From the NCBI RefSeq assembly GCF_009914755.1, contig NC_060934.1: a DNA stretch of 64,000 nt; one strand, written 5' to 3'. This document shows, piece by piece, positions 1 to 20,142 of this stretch. A program made the position numbers and the translations under genes. The DNA is from the human T2T-CHM13v2.0 reference genome, Homo sapiens. Under the pieces are notes generated by a model. That model saw nothing but the letters and a program-made list of their open reading frames with translations. It was not told the origin of the DNA and made no database searches. Each line of letters opens with the position of its first letter. Position 1 is the stretch's first letter.

Positions 1-101
1 TTTCACATAGATTTTATATAGGACATATGTGAATAGCAAAATATTTTAAAGGTTTAAAAGAAAATATAAGAAACTGTTAATGACTTTGAGATAAGGAAGA
101 A

Positions 102-208
102 CTTTTTTTTCTTTTTTTGAGACGGAGTCTCGCTCTGTCGCCCAGGCTGGAGTGTAGTGACGCGATCTCGGCTCACTGCAAGCTCCACCTCCTAGGTTCA
201 CGCCATTC
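102..208 (-). mobile_element. 5'-truncated AluY-like element
   Basis: Alu 3' end with gcaagctcc diagnostic; flanking near-duplication aaggaagaac/aaggaggaac. Confidence 0.85.
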
Positions 209-209
209 A

Positions 210-750
210 AGGAGGAACTTTTTAAGTGACCTTCAAACAACACTGACCCTAAAAGGTTGGTAAATTTGACTGTATTAAGTTTAAAAGCATCTGTTAATCC
301 AAAGGCCACTAAGAAGAAAGTAAAGAGACAAGTCATAAAGTGTGAGAAAATATTTGCAGCACATAAAGGGCAAATAATTTATATTCAGGATATACTAAAA
401 ACTACAAGAAAAAAATGAAAAACGCGGGGCGGGGGGCGCGTGTGAACAAGCGTTTCTCAAAATGGGAAACTCAATAAACATCAAAAAACGCTTAGCCTCA
501 TTAGTAATCAAGGAAATTCAAACTAGGTACCATAAGGTACCATTTTATACCTGCCAGAACTGACAAAAGTAAAAAACTTAGCAATGCAGGTGTTCGGATC
601 TGGATCCCATACATTGCTGTTGGTGTGAGTGCTTTTGAAATCCATTTGGCATTACTGGTAAAATGAGAAATTCCTCCGACATCTAGGTGTGGAGAGAAAC
701 CCTTGCTCAGCGGCTTCACGAGTCATACGAAGGAACACAACACTGATCAC
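210..750 (+). mobile_element. Old L1M ORF2/3' fragment
   Basis: Decayed L1 motifs (gagaaaatatttgca, cattgctgttggtg...tttggcattact). Confidence 0.65.
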
Positions 751-964
751 AATGTTTATATAATGACTATCTTCTCTTTCCACTCTTCACAGTTCTCCAG
801 CCTCCTTTTTGCCCCAGAAATCTAATCTTGATGGGCTACATGGACAGATTCCCTGTTCTCTGGCTTTCCCCTTTTAACCCAAGGGGAGTATCAGCCGGAT
901 GTTGGAGGGTGATTAGGAAGAGAGTGAAATTCAAACATCTATTTCCCAGCTCCCATCCTGATCA

Positions 965-1172
965 GTCTCAGGACAACCTTGGCACTATTGACGTTTTGGG
1001 AAGATAATTACTTGTTGGGGCTATTCTGTGCATTGTCGGATGTTTAGTGGCATCACTGATCTCTAATCACTAAATGCAAATAGTACAGCTGCCCCTTGTG
1101 ACAACCAAAAGTATCCCAGACATTGCCAAATGTCCCCTGGAGGACAAAATCGCCCTGGGTGAGAATCCCTGG
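965..1172. mobile_element. MER20 (hAT-Charlie)
   Basis: caaccttggcactattgacgttttgg...cagacattgccaaatgtcccctgg...gagaatccctgg. Confidence 0.75.
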
Positions 1173-1933
1173 GTTAGCTGTCCCCTTCACTAAAAGGTCA
1201 CCCCTCCTTACAGAGTGGCCTTCCTTCTTACACAACTTTGGAGGTAAAAGCAGTCAATGTAAAAACTAGCGATTTAAGGGAATAAAATAGGTAAGGTAAT
1301 CAAGAAAAATCAGAAATCTACAATATAAAAAAGTTTTGATAGAGAAGTAGCCACAAATACAAAGAAAAATGTTTAAAAATTTTAAAGACCGCTTTGCTCA
1401 ACTCCATACAAATAAATTTGGGAACTGAGATAACACCTAGGGTAATATTCTAGTAAAACACAAATGACTAAAACTAACCCAAGAAAAGAGAGCAAGTCTA
1501 AACAAACCAGATGCCAAAAAAGAAAGAAAGAATTCTGTCAAAGAGCTATCCCCAAACAATTCCCAGACCCAGGGAGTTTCATGGTAGAGTCTTACAAAAC
1601 ATTAAGGAATAGATAACTCCAATGTTATTTAAACTGTTCTAAGAGTGTAGACAGTTTCCAATTTTTTAATAAATACATATAGAATTAATATCAAGCTTCA
1701 ACAAGGTGAGAGAAAAAGGAGTGGACATTAATGCACAAAATGTTAATTGCAAGCAAAATCTAGCACAACATTAACAGAATAATACCAGTAGGAATATAGA
1801 TAAACTGCAAATGGATATGAGTGAGCTTTCGGGTGATGGAAATGTTAAAGCTGTTTTTTAAAACTAATACATAATGACCAGTTGGACTTTATACCAAAAA
1901 TGCAAGGCTGGTTCACCCCTAGAAAATAATATA

Positions 1934-4753
<2,820 letters not shown>

Positions 4754-6594
4754 AGAATCTCTGAGAAAATACACAGGAAACTGATAATCTGGTTGCTTCT
4801 ATGAAGGAAACGGCATGGCAGGGGATGGGATGGAAGGGAGGCTTGCTTTTCACTCTATTGCCTTTTGAATTCTGTACTGTGTGCATTTCACAATGTTGTG
4901 CTTAGAATTATAGAAAAACAAAAGCACAGCTCTGAACATGGGTGTCCCAATGGCACCTCAGCCTTAACCAACTTCTGCCTCTATTGCAAGCTCTTAATTG
5001 GCCTCACCTCTCACTTTCCTCATACAATTGACATTCCAGCATCCTTCAGGGGATAAAGAATTGCCTTTCACATGGACTCTGTCTTCTCACACTCAAGGCC
5101 AGCTGAGTCTGCCCCCAACCCTTGCTAAAATCCCCTGGTTGCTCATCACGTGTTTATCTTGTCTCCTCCAGTTACTCTCAAGCTTGGCTCAAACCAGTTC
5201 TCAGGGCCTCTAGTCCCCCCTGAAACCTAGTAGTGGATCTAAACAGGCTGCCATTCACTGCTTTAATCAATGAACTCCAAGGGCATTATTGGATTCATTT
5301 AATACAAATGTCCCTGGCATTAGGCTGAATGCTGGGAAGACAGTCATGAACAAGACTGACAACATGGTTCCTGTCTGCATGGGCCAGCAGCCTTAGAGAG
5401 AAGGCAACAAGGAGTCAAATACTGCGGCTCTCAACTCTGGCCGCATATTAGAAATTCTTGGGAATACTCTAAGTCCATGCTGGACTGATTGAATCAAAAT
5501 CTCTGGGAGTGAGGCCCAAGCAACAGTATTTTTTAAATTCTAATGGCTGGCTGTCATTAGAATCTTTAAGAGAATGGATTTACAGGCAACCTCCTATTTA
5601 ATGATACAATCTAAATGATTCCTGGGCAATAGTCCTTAATTGAATCATAAAAATTGAATTTATTTCCTATGAGTATAAGGCTAGGAACTAGGGTACTGAA
5701 AACCCATTTCATACCACAAACAACAAAGACAAAAATTTAACCTTGAAAGTAAAAGATGACAAACCCAAATACATACTTTAAGAAATATCCAGTGGCAGGA
5801 ATACATTCCTGCCAATATTAGAACATGGCATAGTCCATGAGACAGGATGAACTACCTTGATGGTAAGATTCCTAGAGAATAAGAAGGTATTTTCCAACCT
5901 ATTTCACACACTGGGTTTTGGATTTCTTGGCTTCACTCCATCCCTTAGAGGTTCTATGAAATTTCAACTACATATAGAACCTTCTACCACCCCAGTCATC
6001 CCTTGCCCCTATACTGGGGTGTTACTTCATTTAACAGGACCCAAGAGTATGTGGTGTGATGATGTGACTCAGTCAATGGGCCTCCCAGTACAGAGTGTCA
6101 CTCCTTCCACACTCTCTCTGGTTGTCACTGAAGATTTGAAAAGGCAGCTGCAAGAGATTTTTCTCTAAGCCTTATTTGTGAGTGGGGCAGTGTTAATGCT
6201 ATTAACATTATCTCCATTTGGGCCAAATCAAACCGAATGAGAAAAACAGATAGGAAACAGCGTCAGGACAATGAAATTCATAAAACTTGCAAATATTTAG
6301 CCCCCCATTTCCTCATCTGTAAAATGGGCATCATTATAGATTTATGTATATAAAACATAGGTTTGCTATGAAAATTAATGGTGATCCTTGGATAAATTGA
6401 TCTACAATACTACACGATAGACAATATTTAATATTATTTATTTATTTTAATATCTAAAAAGGAGGGCTGGGAAATGCTGCTTTATGATTTTATGATTTGT
6501 AGATTTACAAGTTGCCCCTACAGAGGAATTCAATTTACACTCCCACCAGTAGTATATAAGAGTACAATTTTTTAGCACCTCCAACAGAGTATCA

Positions 6595-9171
<2,577 letters not shown>

Positions 9172-10965
9172 TAAAGCAAAAATAACAAATCACCTGTCTA
9201 CATGCATAGAAAACAGATTATCAATAAATTAATACACCAAAATGTTAATGGCAAGCTATCTCTAAGTAATGGGATGATGGGTGATTTTTACTTTGCTGTA
9301 TTTTTCATCATTTTCCAAATTTTCTACAATAAATATGTGTTACCATTATAATCAGAACAATCAGTAATCATTATGACTTAAATGGATATTTTAAGGTCCA
9401 CTCCAGTCCTGGTTAGGGTGGTTGGATTGTCAATCTCACCCCAAAGACGAGACGGCTCTTTCTCTCCATGAGAGCAAGGATGGGCATCCAGCCCTGAAAA
9501 GGGATGCATTCACCACTTCAGTTCAGTTCTTTTGATTGGGAGACACTGCCATTAGATATTAAATGCCAAATAACATCATCTGGAATCACATGGTGACCCT
9601 TTGTGTTGCCAGCTGGGAGAGGGGTGTGTGGCATCACCTCCCACTTACCCTCTCCAAACCCCACCCAGAAGGGCTGGGAAGACACAGAGATAGTGTGGTA
9701 CTTCAGGGTGGTATGCTAATGCAGGCCTCTAATCCTATCAGGAACGCTTAGGGTGTTAATTTGACCATCTTTCACAGCTCATAAATCTACTGAAGCAAAG
9801 CCAAGCTGCCAGACACCATCAAGCAAAACTCCTTCTGAGGCTGGCAGTTGGAGTAAAGCAGCCGGGATCATGCCACAGTAAAGTCCAATAAAGAGCTTTG
9901 TATGTGGGGGACTGGAGAGCAGCTTCTCACATTTGGATACAATAGAACAAAACAGTGGGAAATGTGAATGTCTGATTAGTCAGACTGGTGGTCTCCCCCA
10001 TGCCCCCCCTGCCCACTGAGCCATAGATCCTCATTCATTCACAATTCTTTACACGCAGATGGATCTATCTTGCTCCCAAACAATCGCCGGCACAGACTCC
10101 CATCGGATTAGTTTGCTTAATCCCTGTGTGTAAATACAGACCAACTGTATTCACTTCCATTGGAATCTGCTAGCCTTTTTATATTAAAACCTATTTAACT
10201 TCAGTCAAATCACTCCTGCCTAGATCCATTCTCTCTTTATTCGGTGGTCAGAATGGAAACATTCTTCTCTTTCAGGAACAGAGCATTCCCCCAGAAGAGT
10301 TCCCACTGTTGACAAATAGGTGGGGTTTAAAACTGTCAACAGAAATCAGTGGCAACCTCCGGATTACAGCTTCATCCAGAGTCCATCTGTTCCTCAAATC
10401 AATCTGTTTAAAAATCGGCTGATTAGGGATTCTAAGTAAAAACATCCTTTGGAGCATCCATTTCAAGAGACATTGAGGCAGGCAGTTAGATTTTCATCAG
10501 CTTCCTCTTTGGTCCACACCTCTTGGAGGGCAAGTTGCAGCAGTTTTCTGCCTCTAGGGACAGAAATCTCCTCTGACCGAATCTGCAGGCTGGCAGGGGT
10601 GGGGAGGGAGTGGTGATTCCACATGGTCCAAGACTGGAAGTACCAGAAAAACTGAAGAAAGACCCACCCATTCTGCAGTTCTGTACAGGCAACCAATGAC
10701 ATTCCCACAGAGTGTGAGCAAAGACTCCTATTTCCTCAGGGCGGACTTACTGCATGCCAGGAGCCCAGCACATTTAGGAGTTTCCAAACACAGTGGAAAA
10801 AGGAATCAGAAAAGATCCTCCACTTACTGGCCTTGGGCCTTGGGCAAGTTTCTTTAACCCTTGAGCTCTAGTGTCCTCATCTGGAAAATGGATTTAATAA
10901 TATTTTCTATGTGGGATTATCTGGCTCATAGTACAGGGATGTGATACATGCCAATTACGATTTTT

Positions 10966-11117
10966 GATAGTGTAGTTTGAAAAATAACTGTTATTGATAC
11001 TATTATTAGTGGTGGTAAATTTCAAAAATAACTATGATTATTGATATTATTGTTGTTGCTGATAGTGCATTTGATAAATAACTATGTTGTGGTTATCATT
11101 ATTGCTGGTAGTGCACT
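10966..11117. repeat. Degenerate ~45-bp tandem repeat, about 3 copies
   Basis: Recurring units gatagtg..tttgaaaaataact..ttattgata.tattattg. Confidence 0.6.
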
Positions 11118-11189
11118 GTTAGCTATTGCTGTCTCCATATAATGATGAACAGACTTTAAAAGAACTGAGTAAAGACCATATAAGCCCAT

Positions 11190-11780
11190 TCACTCACCTG
11201 GCGGGTGTTTTATTGAACACCTTCTATTTGCCAGGCATTATTCTAGACACTGGGGCTACATCAGTGGAATCCATCCTTGTGAAGTTTACCTTTTAGTTGG
11301 GGGAAGACTGACAATAAAAACAAGTAAGTAAATTATATTGAATTTAGAATGTGATTAGTGATATAGGGGAAAATAGAGCAGGGTGGGGAGGATTGGGAGT
11401 GAGCTGTGAGAGAAGGGGCTGGTGCAGCGGAATTTAACATGAGGTGGTTTGGAAGGCCTCACTGAGAAGGTGGCATCTGAACAACTGTAAAGGAAGTGGA
11501 GGAGTAGGCCGTGGGGAGTGTTGGGGGAAAAGCATTCTACGCACAGAACAGCAACTGCAGAAGCCCTCAGGGGATCCTGCCTGTGTGCTTGGAGAAGGCT
11601 GGAGTGGGATAGAGTGGGAAATCGTGTCACAGATGCAAAGGTGGGTCACCCAGGATCAAGCTAGGCATTTTTAGCACTTTAGCTTTTTACTCTAAGTGAA
11701 ATGGGGAGCCACTGCAGGGTTGTGAGCAAAAGCAGTGGCATGGTTTGACTTAAGCTTCAACAGGATCACTCTGGATCCTC
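11190..11780 (-). mobile_element. L2 element fragment
   Basis: ttttattgaacaccttctatttgccaggcattattctagac... and ggaaggcctcactgagaaggtggcatctgaac are typical L2 motifs. Confidence 0.75.
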
Positions 11781-12044
11781 TTTCCCGCTTGCAGACAGCT
11801 GCCTTCTCACTATGCCCTAACATGTTGTGAGGGGGGTCCACCCCTCATGATTGAAAGAAAGAAAAATTAATTCCTCGTCTATGTCAAGGGGCACAGTGAG
11901 AAGCAGTTGTCTGCAAGCCAGGAAAAAGTCCTCACCAGACCTCGGTCATGCTGGCACCCTGATCTTAAACTTGTTGTCTTGTTTTCAAGGTCACTAATCC
12001 CATCATGAGGGCCCCACCCTTATGACTTTATCTAAATCTAATTA

Positions 12045-12248
<204 letters not shown>

Positions 12249-12460
12249 TTACACATGTATTTTTCCATAGTGGCTTTAGAATCAGTTTGTAAAATTTCAC
12301 ACTTCATCCCTCAAATAGGTTGACATGTTATTAGGTCATGAAAATTTTGTATATTAATTTAGGAAGAAATTAAGTTATATTATTGAATCTTTCTGTACAA
12401 GAATAGTATATAAGCAGACTGGGGAACACAGTGAGACCTGGTCTCTACAAAAAATTTTTA

Positions 12461-12664
<204 letters not shown>

Positions 12665-15600
12665 TCATTGTTACATTTATTCTTAGGTATATATTTTTTG
12701 TTATTATATAAATGGAATATTTTCTTCCATTACATCTTATAACTGCTTTTTATGTATAAATAGGAAAGCTATTAATTTTTATTTATTAATTTTATGTGCA
12801 CCCATCTTACTGAATTTTTTTATTGTTTGAGATGGTTTTTCAGTTGATTTTCTTGGGTTCAGATAATATCTGAATTGGAAGTAAAAATAATTTTACTTTA
12901 TCCTTTAAATTTTTTAAACTTTTTTTTTCTCTTGACTAATAACATCAGCTACTATTTGCAGAACAATGTTAAATAGTGATGGTGGGCAGTCTTATCTGGT
13001 TCTTGACTTTAAAGAAATGTTTCTAGTGTTCTTCCCTTAAGCATGAGGCTGGCTTTTGGCTTATATATAAAGTTGACTTATATATTTTAGTTACCAAAAG
13101 TGATTCTTACCAGAATCGGCTGGGGAATCTTCAGGTTAAAAATAGTCTTCTGCAGCCAGGGCAACTAGTGAAACTCCATCTGTACCACAAAATATATATA
13201 TATATATATTTTTTTAATAAGCCGGGGGCAGTGGCCTGCTCCTTTAGTCCCAGCTACTCGGGAGGCTAAGGCCGGAGTGTTGCTTTAGGCCAGGAGTTCA
13301 AGACTGCAGTGAGCTATGATCCTGCCACTGCATTCCTGCCCAAGTGGCAGAGTGAGACCCTATCTCTAAAAAAAAAAAGGTTCCTGAGTGTTGCCCAGAG
13401 GGTCAGTTTCAGAAGGTCAGAGTGGGGCCCAGAAATCTATATTTTTCCTGAACTTCCTTGGTGGTTCAGATACAAGTAACATTCAGCCCAGACTTGAAGA
13501 ATTCCAGTGGATAGAAAGCACTTTAGAGTCAGCTCTGGGCTCAAGAGGGCAGCTCTTTCCCCCCATGTCATTTACTCCCTCTGAGCCTCAGTTTCCCATG
13601 CTGCTAAAAGAGGGAGAATAATCACATATGCCCTGGCGACTGGAAGAGGGGCTAAGAGGCTCAGATGAGGTAATGTCTGTGAAAACATTTGGCAGACTAG
13701 AAACGGCATATAAATGTGAGGAGGCGTGACCTCACTGTGCCCAAGAGGAAAGATATTTGGAAAAGCCTGACTGATTTTCAGGGCTCGGCGACAGCTCCTA
13801 GCGAGACTTGGACAGCCTGCTTCAAAACCCACACTTACATTCCACGAAACACGCTCTGCTTCCTTGTCAACAGGCTTTGCGTCATGTTAGGTCAGCTTCC
13901 ACTGCTCAGGGCTTTGTGCTGATCATGCATTACGGGTTGGCTTCAGAGGCACAGACACCTTACCGCCTGTGTGTGATCCAGGACTAATGAAAAAAGTCCT
14001 CTCCGGCCACACCCCGTTCCCTGCCTGGTCCCCGTGGAGTCTCCGGCATTTGAGAGAGCTTTTGTGGCTTGAATCTAAGTCACAAAACTCCCCCTGCTAA
14101 TCCCATGGGGTCACAGTTGGACCTAGTGCTTCAGGGGAGGACCAATAAGACAGAATCCATTTTGCATTTCCCTTCCTGCTTTCCTACGGAGAGATGTAAA
14201 GGTCCCTAGAGGTGAATATAATAAGATAGAGCCAACGTGGGGATGTTGCTCCCTGGGGCGCTGCTTGAGTGGTGTGACATCATGTTCTTAGTCTGAGCTT
14301 CAATAGATCTCTTAGAATGTCAGAGACCCGTCTTCTCCTAGAAAAGGAGTTCCTACCCTGTGGTCTGTGAGCTAATGAAAATGCAGGCTGCCTCAGCCTG
14401 GATTAAAAGAGGTTTTCTTTCCCGTTTCCCATTTAAAGACCCTGTAGGCTTGAAATTACCATTTAAAGCAGGAGATAAATTGCCAGAGGCCATTTCATGC
14501 CAAGGTACATTACAGAGCAGAATGTCAAAGTGTGCTTAGCCAGGAGACAGTGATGGGCAAATCCTGCTCTCTGAGAGCAGCAGGCATAAAATGTGGCCCC
14601 CGGGTAGAGGGAGGGCCCTTGCTTCCAGCCCCCATACCTTGTCTCCCTTCACCAGCAGGAATATTCTTTCTTTTGTGGCCTCTTGTTTAGGCTGTTCTTG
14701 ACCTTTCATAATTAAAATACTCTGAATTTTGGCAGGCCTTGCGCTTTTTTTTAATAAAGAGGGGGAAGCCATTTGAAGATAGAAACAAAATTGCTTGGAT
14801 GGTTGCCTGTGAAGTTACAATTATAGCAATGACTGAAGATGGAGAACAGGAATTGAGAGAAGAGGGATTTTTTTCCCCTAGCTGCCAAAATGCTGGATTT
14901 TATGTCCTTCTGTGAGAGCCTGCCATTATACATTTTAGACCCTAACTCATCAACAGTGAGTGCTAAAAGACATTCTTGAGGAAGGACTGGTTTTTGGATA
15001 CATCTAAATTTTTATTAGCTTTTGTTCCAGTATCAGTAAACATTCCTGAGTGCTTACTAGAGGCAGGGCAGTGAGAAGCAGAAGGACGAATCAAAGAACA
15101 ATTATATCCTAGCACCTGCACCATGCCTGCTGGCCAAGTGTTTTCCTTGAGAAAACCTAAAAACCTTAGCTTCCCTCCCTTTGCCTTAGTAATTCCCCAA
15201 ACTTTGCTGTTCATTGGAATCACCTGGAATGTTTTTTGGAAAATTCTGATCCCAGACTCTCACGCTAGACATTATGATTTGATTGTGGGGAGTTTTTTAA
15301 AGCTCCCCAGGTGATTCCAACGTCCAGCAGTGTTGGAGACCCACTGGCCTAACTTCCGCTCTTTCTTCAGGTTTCAGTTTAGCATTTCTTCCTTCAGGAA
15401 ACCTGCCGGAATTCTCCTTCTTCCCCCGTCTTCACACAGCTGTGACCCCGAACCCGTGGAGTATCGCTCCTTGAGGGGCTCCTGCAGCACCTGGTACTTG
15501 GCCTTGGTGATATGGACCACTTGATTCAACACTCTTCCTCTGGTTGAATGGGACATCCCTGAAGGCAGGACCAATGGCCCGCTCATTCTCCAGAGCCTGG

Positions 15601-15732
15601 CTCATCATGAGCCCTTGAAGTACTAATTGAAGGAGTAAATTCACATTCTCCTTGGACATTTCCTTTCACTCTTTCTGTGCATGCTAATTTACTTTCTCTA
15701 GTAATAATAAATGTCATTTTGTTTTGCATGCT

Positions 15733-16138
15733 GCTATGGTTTGAATGTTTGTCCCCTCTGAAATTCATGTTAAAACTTAATCCCCAATATAACCATATTA
15801 AGAGGTGGATTAGGGTCAGAAGCGCTCTGCCCTCATGAATGGATTAATCCATTGATGGATGAATAGCTTAGTGGGTTATCACAGGAGTGGGTTAGTTATC
15901 ATGAGAGTAAGTCTGTTATGAAAGCCAGTTTGGGTCTCAGTGCACCCCCACCCCCCTTGCCCTATGATGCCTTATGCCATGTGATGTTGCCGCATGGGAC
16001 CCGCACTGGAAGCCAACCAGACGCAGTTGCCAGATCTTGGTCTTTTCAGCCTCCAGAACTGTAGGAAATAAATCTCTGTTCTTTATAAATTACCCAGTCT
16101 TGGGTTTTCTGTTATAGCAACATAAAATGGACTGACGC
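15733..16138 (+). mobile_element. MaLR MST-family solo LTR
   Basis: tgctatggtttgaatgtttgtcccc start; ccagaactgtaggaaataaa and ttatagcaacataaaatggact near the end. Confidence 0.85.
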
Positions 16139-16229
16139 CCACTTAATCACACTGTCTCTAATTTTTATGGTCATTGAGTCATGTAATAAAAGTGAAGCAT
16201 TTACACTCTTTTAATTTAATGTATTTATT

Positions 16230-16540
16230 CTTTTGAAACAGAGTCTTGCTCTGTTGCCCAGGCTGGAGTGCAGTGGGGCAATCTCAGCTTACTGCAACCT
16301 CCACCTCCTAGGCACAAACGATTCTCATTCCTCATCCTCCTCAGTAGCTAGAATTACAGGTGAGCGCCACCACACTGAGCTAATTTTTGTATTTTTAGTA
16401 GAGACAGGGTTTTCCCATATTGGCCAGGCTGGTCTAGACCTCCTGACCTCAAACCATCTATCCACCTGGCCTCCCAAAGTGCTGGGATTACAGGCGTCAG
16501 CCACTGCCCCTGGCCTCTTTTATGCTTTACTATATTTATT

Positions 16541-16571
<31 letters not shown>

Positions 16572-16862
16572 TTTTGAGATGGAGTTTCGCTCTGGTTACC
16601 AGGCTAGAGTGCAATGGCACCATCTCTACTCAGTGCAATCTCTGCCTCCCAGGTTCAAGCGATTCTCCTGCGTCAGCCTCCTGAGTAGCCGGGGTTACAG
16701 GGGCATGCCACCACACCCAGCTAATTTTTGTATTTTTAGTAGAGATGGGGTTTCATCACACTGGTCAGGCTGGTCTCGCCCACCTAATCCGCCCGCCTCA
16801 GTGATCCGCCCGCCTCGGCCTCCCAAAGTGCTGGGATGACAGGTGAGCCACCGCACCTGGCC
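16230..16862 (-). mobile_element. Two tandem minus-strand Alus with a (TTTA)n tail
   Basis: Alu consensus. Confidence 0.9.
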
Positions 16863-17299
16863 TCTTTTTTATTTTTTATATATTTTATAAGATTTTTTAA
16901 AAACAGTGCCAGCTGAAGCTGTCAAATAAAAAATCCCACAATGTGGTTAATCTCAAGAGAAGGTTAAATGATTAGACTTCGTTCTGGAGCATTATTTGTG
17001 AAAACATGTATTTTCATTTAGGTCTCCATAGACCTAAAACCTGATTTTCTCCCTATTATTAAAAAGGTTTATATTTTGTAAAATATGCTTCATAAATTAG
17101 ACAAAGGCAAATCAATGAAAGTGTCTCCTTTTTGTTTGGTTAATGCGGATTTAATGAAAGGGCACACACACATTTCTGAAGTTGTAGCTCACTTTATTGC
17201 CAAAATTAAGACAAAGAAACAAATCTGCAAACAGAGGGGCCCCTGTAACATCATCGCAGGGGTCAGATTACAAGGCTGGGAGACAGGGGCCTTCAGAGC

Positions 17300-17730
17300 C
17301 ACGGTAATTGTCCCCACGTTCCGGGCCCCTGCGATGCCCACAGACTTCTTAATGTCTCTCTTTGTAACACCCCAGGGCCGCGTGAATAGCGGGGAAGGTA
17401 ACGTGACTGCGGAGCTCAGGGCCGGCCCGGGAGGGGCGCGGGCCTGGCCAGTGGGAAGGTCGGACGCCGAGGGGCGAAATCACCCCACCGGCATCAGACC
17501 ACCGCCTCCATTCAGCGGAGGAATGTGGGCGGGCAGAGGACGCGCGGTCCCCTCGCCCGGCGTTAACCCTGTGCGCGCCGGGAGCTTCGCCCGGAGCATC
17601 GCAGCATCGCGCAGCGCCCGGAGCCCGGGGCCCTCACAGCTCCACCGGTGCCCGGAGCATCTATCTCCCCGCGGGCGGTGCTGCCACTCGCCACGTTCAC
17701 ATTCCTCCACGTGCACGCGTGACTCTTTTG
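17300..17730. promoter_or_regulatory. Orphan CpG island; probable promoter or enhancer
   Basis: ~430 bp of dense non-repeat CpG, GC boxes, and E-box CACGTG at 17708-17713. Confidence 0.75.
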
Positions 17731-18765
17731 GTGTTATTTTTAAAAATCTCACTATTTAATCGCCATGTTTACCTTCCCCAGAACCACATAGTCTCATCGC
17801 AATTCAAATAATTTAGAAAACATTTTAAGATAATCGTGGAGCCCACGAAGCCAGTGCAACGTAGGTGGCTTCCCTTGCTGGAAGTCACCGCACCGAGGCC
17901 AGAAGAAGGTAGCCAGCGCCCAGGCAAGCGCTTAAAACTGCAGCCTCCTCCACACCTTTGCACGTGGGGAAACCGAAGCAGAACCCTGTCTCTTTCACTT
18001 TTCTTCCCTTCGCTAAGACTTTTTTATATTTGTAAGTGGAGGCGCGATCCAGTTAGCTTTTCTCCAAACTTTTAATGTAGAAAATATGCAAATCTACAAA
18101 AAAGTTGAACGTGTAGTGCAGTAATACAATTAACACCTGTAGATTCTTCACCTAAATTCACTTCTTAGCATTTTGCCCTACTCGCTCTATCCTTTGTCTG
18201 TATAGAGAGATTCCTCTCTCCTGCATTATTTGAAAGGAAATTGCAGACCTCATGACAATTTGCCCCAAAATAATTCACATGCAGCAACTAGGAATAAGTA
18301 CATTTTCTTATGTACCAACAACACCATTTATCACACCTAAGAAAATCAACGCTAATTTAATATCTCCTAAAATATAGTCCTCATTTAAATTTTCTTATTT
18401 TTCCCAAAATGCCTTTTAACTAAAATTTTTTTTAAATCCAGAATATGTTAAAGATTCATGCATTGCATTTCGTTATGTTATTTGCTTTTTATGATAATTT
18501 TGTTTTAAATTTTAATTATTTTCAGCCTGTATAGCATATTTCTGGAATTTAAATTTGGGGGCTGTAGTTATTCTAGAACTGTGTCTAGTTAGCACATTTA
18601 AAAACCAGGCTTTTGAGGGAAATTATTTGTTGCTGAGCTTCTGGTACACACAAAAAAAGGGAGGTTTCCTAAGCAGACCACATTTGCTTCCCTGGTCGGG
18701 GGTCTGATGCAATAAAACCCCCTTTCCCAGGATTTCTCTTCCAGAGTCAAATGTCCCATAAATAA

Positions 18766-19527
<762 letters not shown>

Positions 19528-19850
19528 TTTAAATCTTCACAAGCCCTGTTGCTCTTCTTATCCCATATGTGGACCTCGGAATTCTTTCCCTCTAACCCCA
19601 TTGCCTTTTTCTCCACGCCTATCTATAACAAATGTCTATCAAGTGCTAGCTATACAGCAAACACTATATTAAGTGCTTTATACATATGTCATCCTCAGAA
19701 CAGTCTTATAAAGTTAGCATCATTAGTATTACTTCCATTTTAAAGATGAGAAAATTGAGACTTAGGATAAGTAATTTGTCTCCTAAGTGTGACATGGCAA
19801 GACATCACTGGGTCTTGAACGTTGGTTATCTGACTCCATAGTCTACATTC

Positions 19851-20142
19851 TCAGTGGTCCCCAACCTTATTGGCACCAGGGACCGGTTTTGTGGAAGACA
19901 ATGAAACTAACTGTCCCATCTCAGATCATCAAGCACTAGTTAATTTCTCATAAGGAGCACTCAGCCTAGATCCCTCGCATGCACAGTTCACAATAGTTCT
20001 CATTCCTATGAGAATCTAAGCCTCCGCTGCTCTGACAGGAGGTGGAGCTCAGGCGGTAATGCCCACTCGCTGGCCACTCACCTCCTGCTGTGCGGCCCAG
20101 TTCCTAACAGGCCAAGCTCAACCCGGAGGTTGGGGATCCCTG
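19851..20142. mobile_element. MER1B-like hAT-Charlie element
   Basis: Terminal inverted repeats cagtggtccccaacc ... ggttggggatccctg. Confidence 0.8.

Noticed and set aside
17085-17759. 224-aa plus-strand ORF across the orphan CpG island
   Set aside because: Low-complexity R/P/G/S content from stop-poor GC sequence; no recognisable homology.
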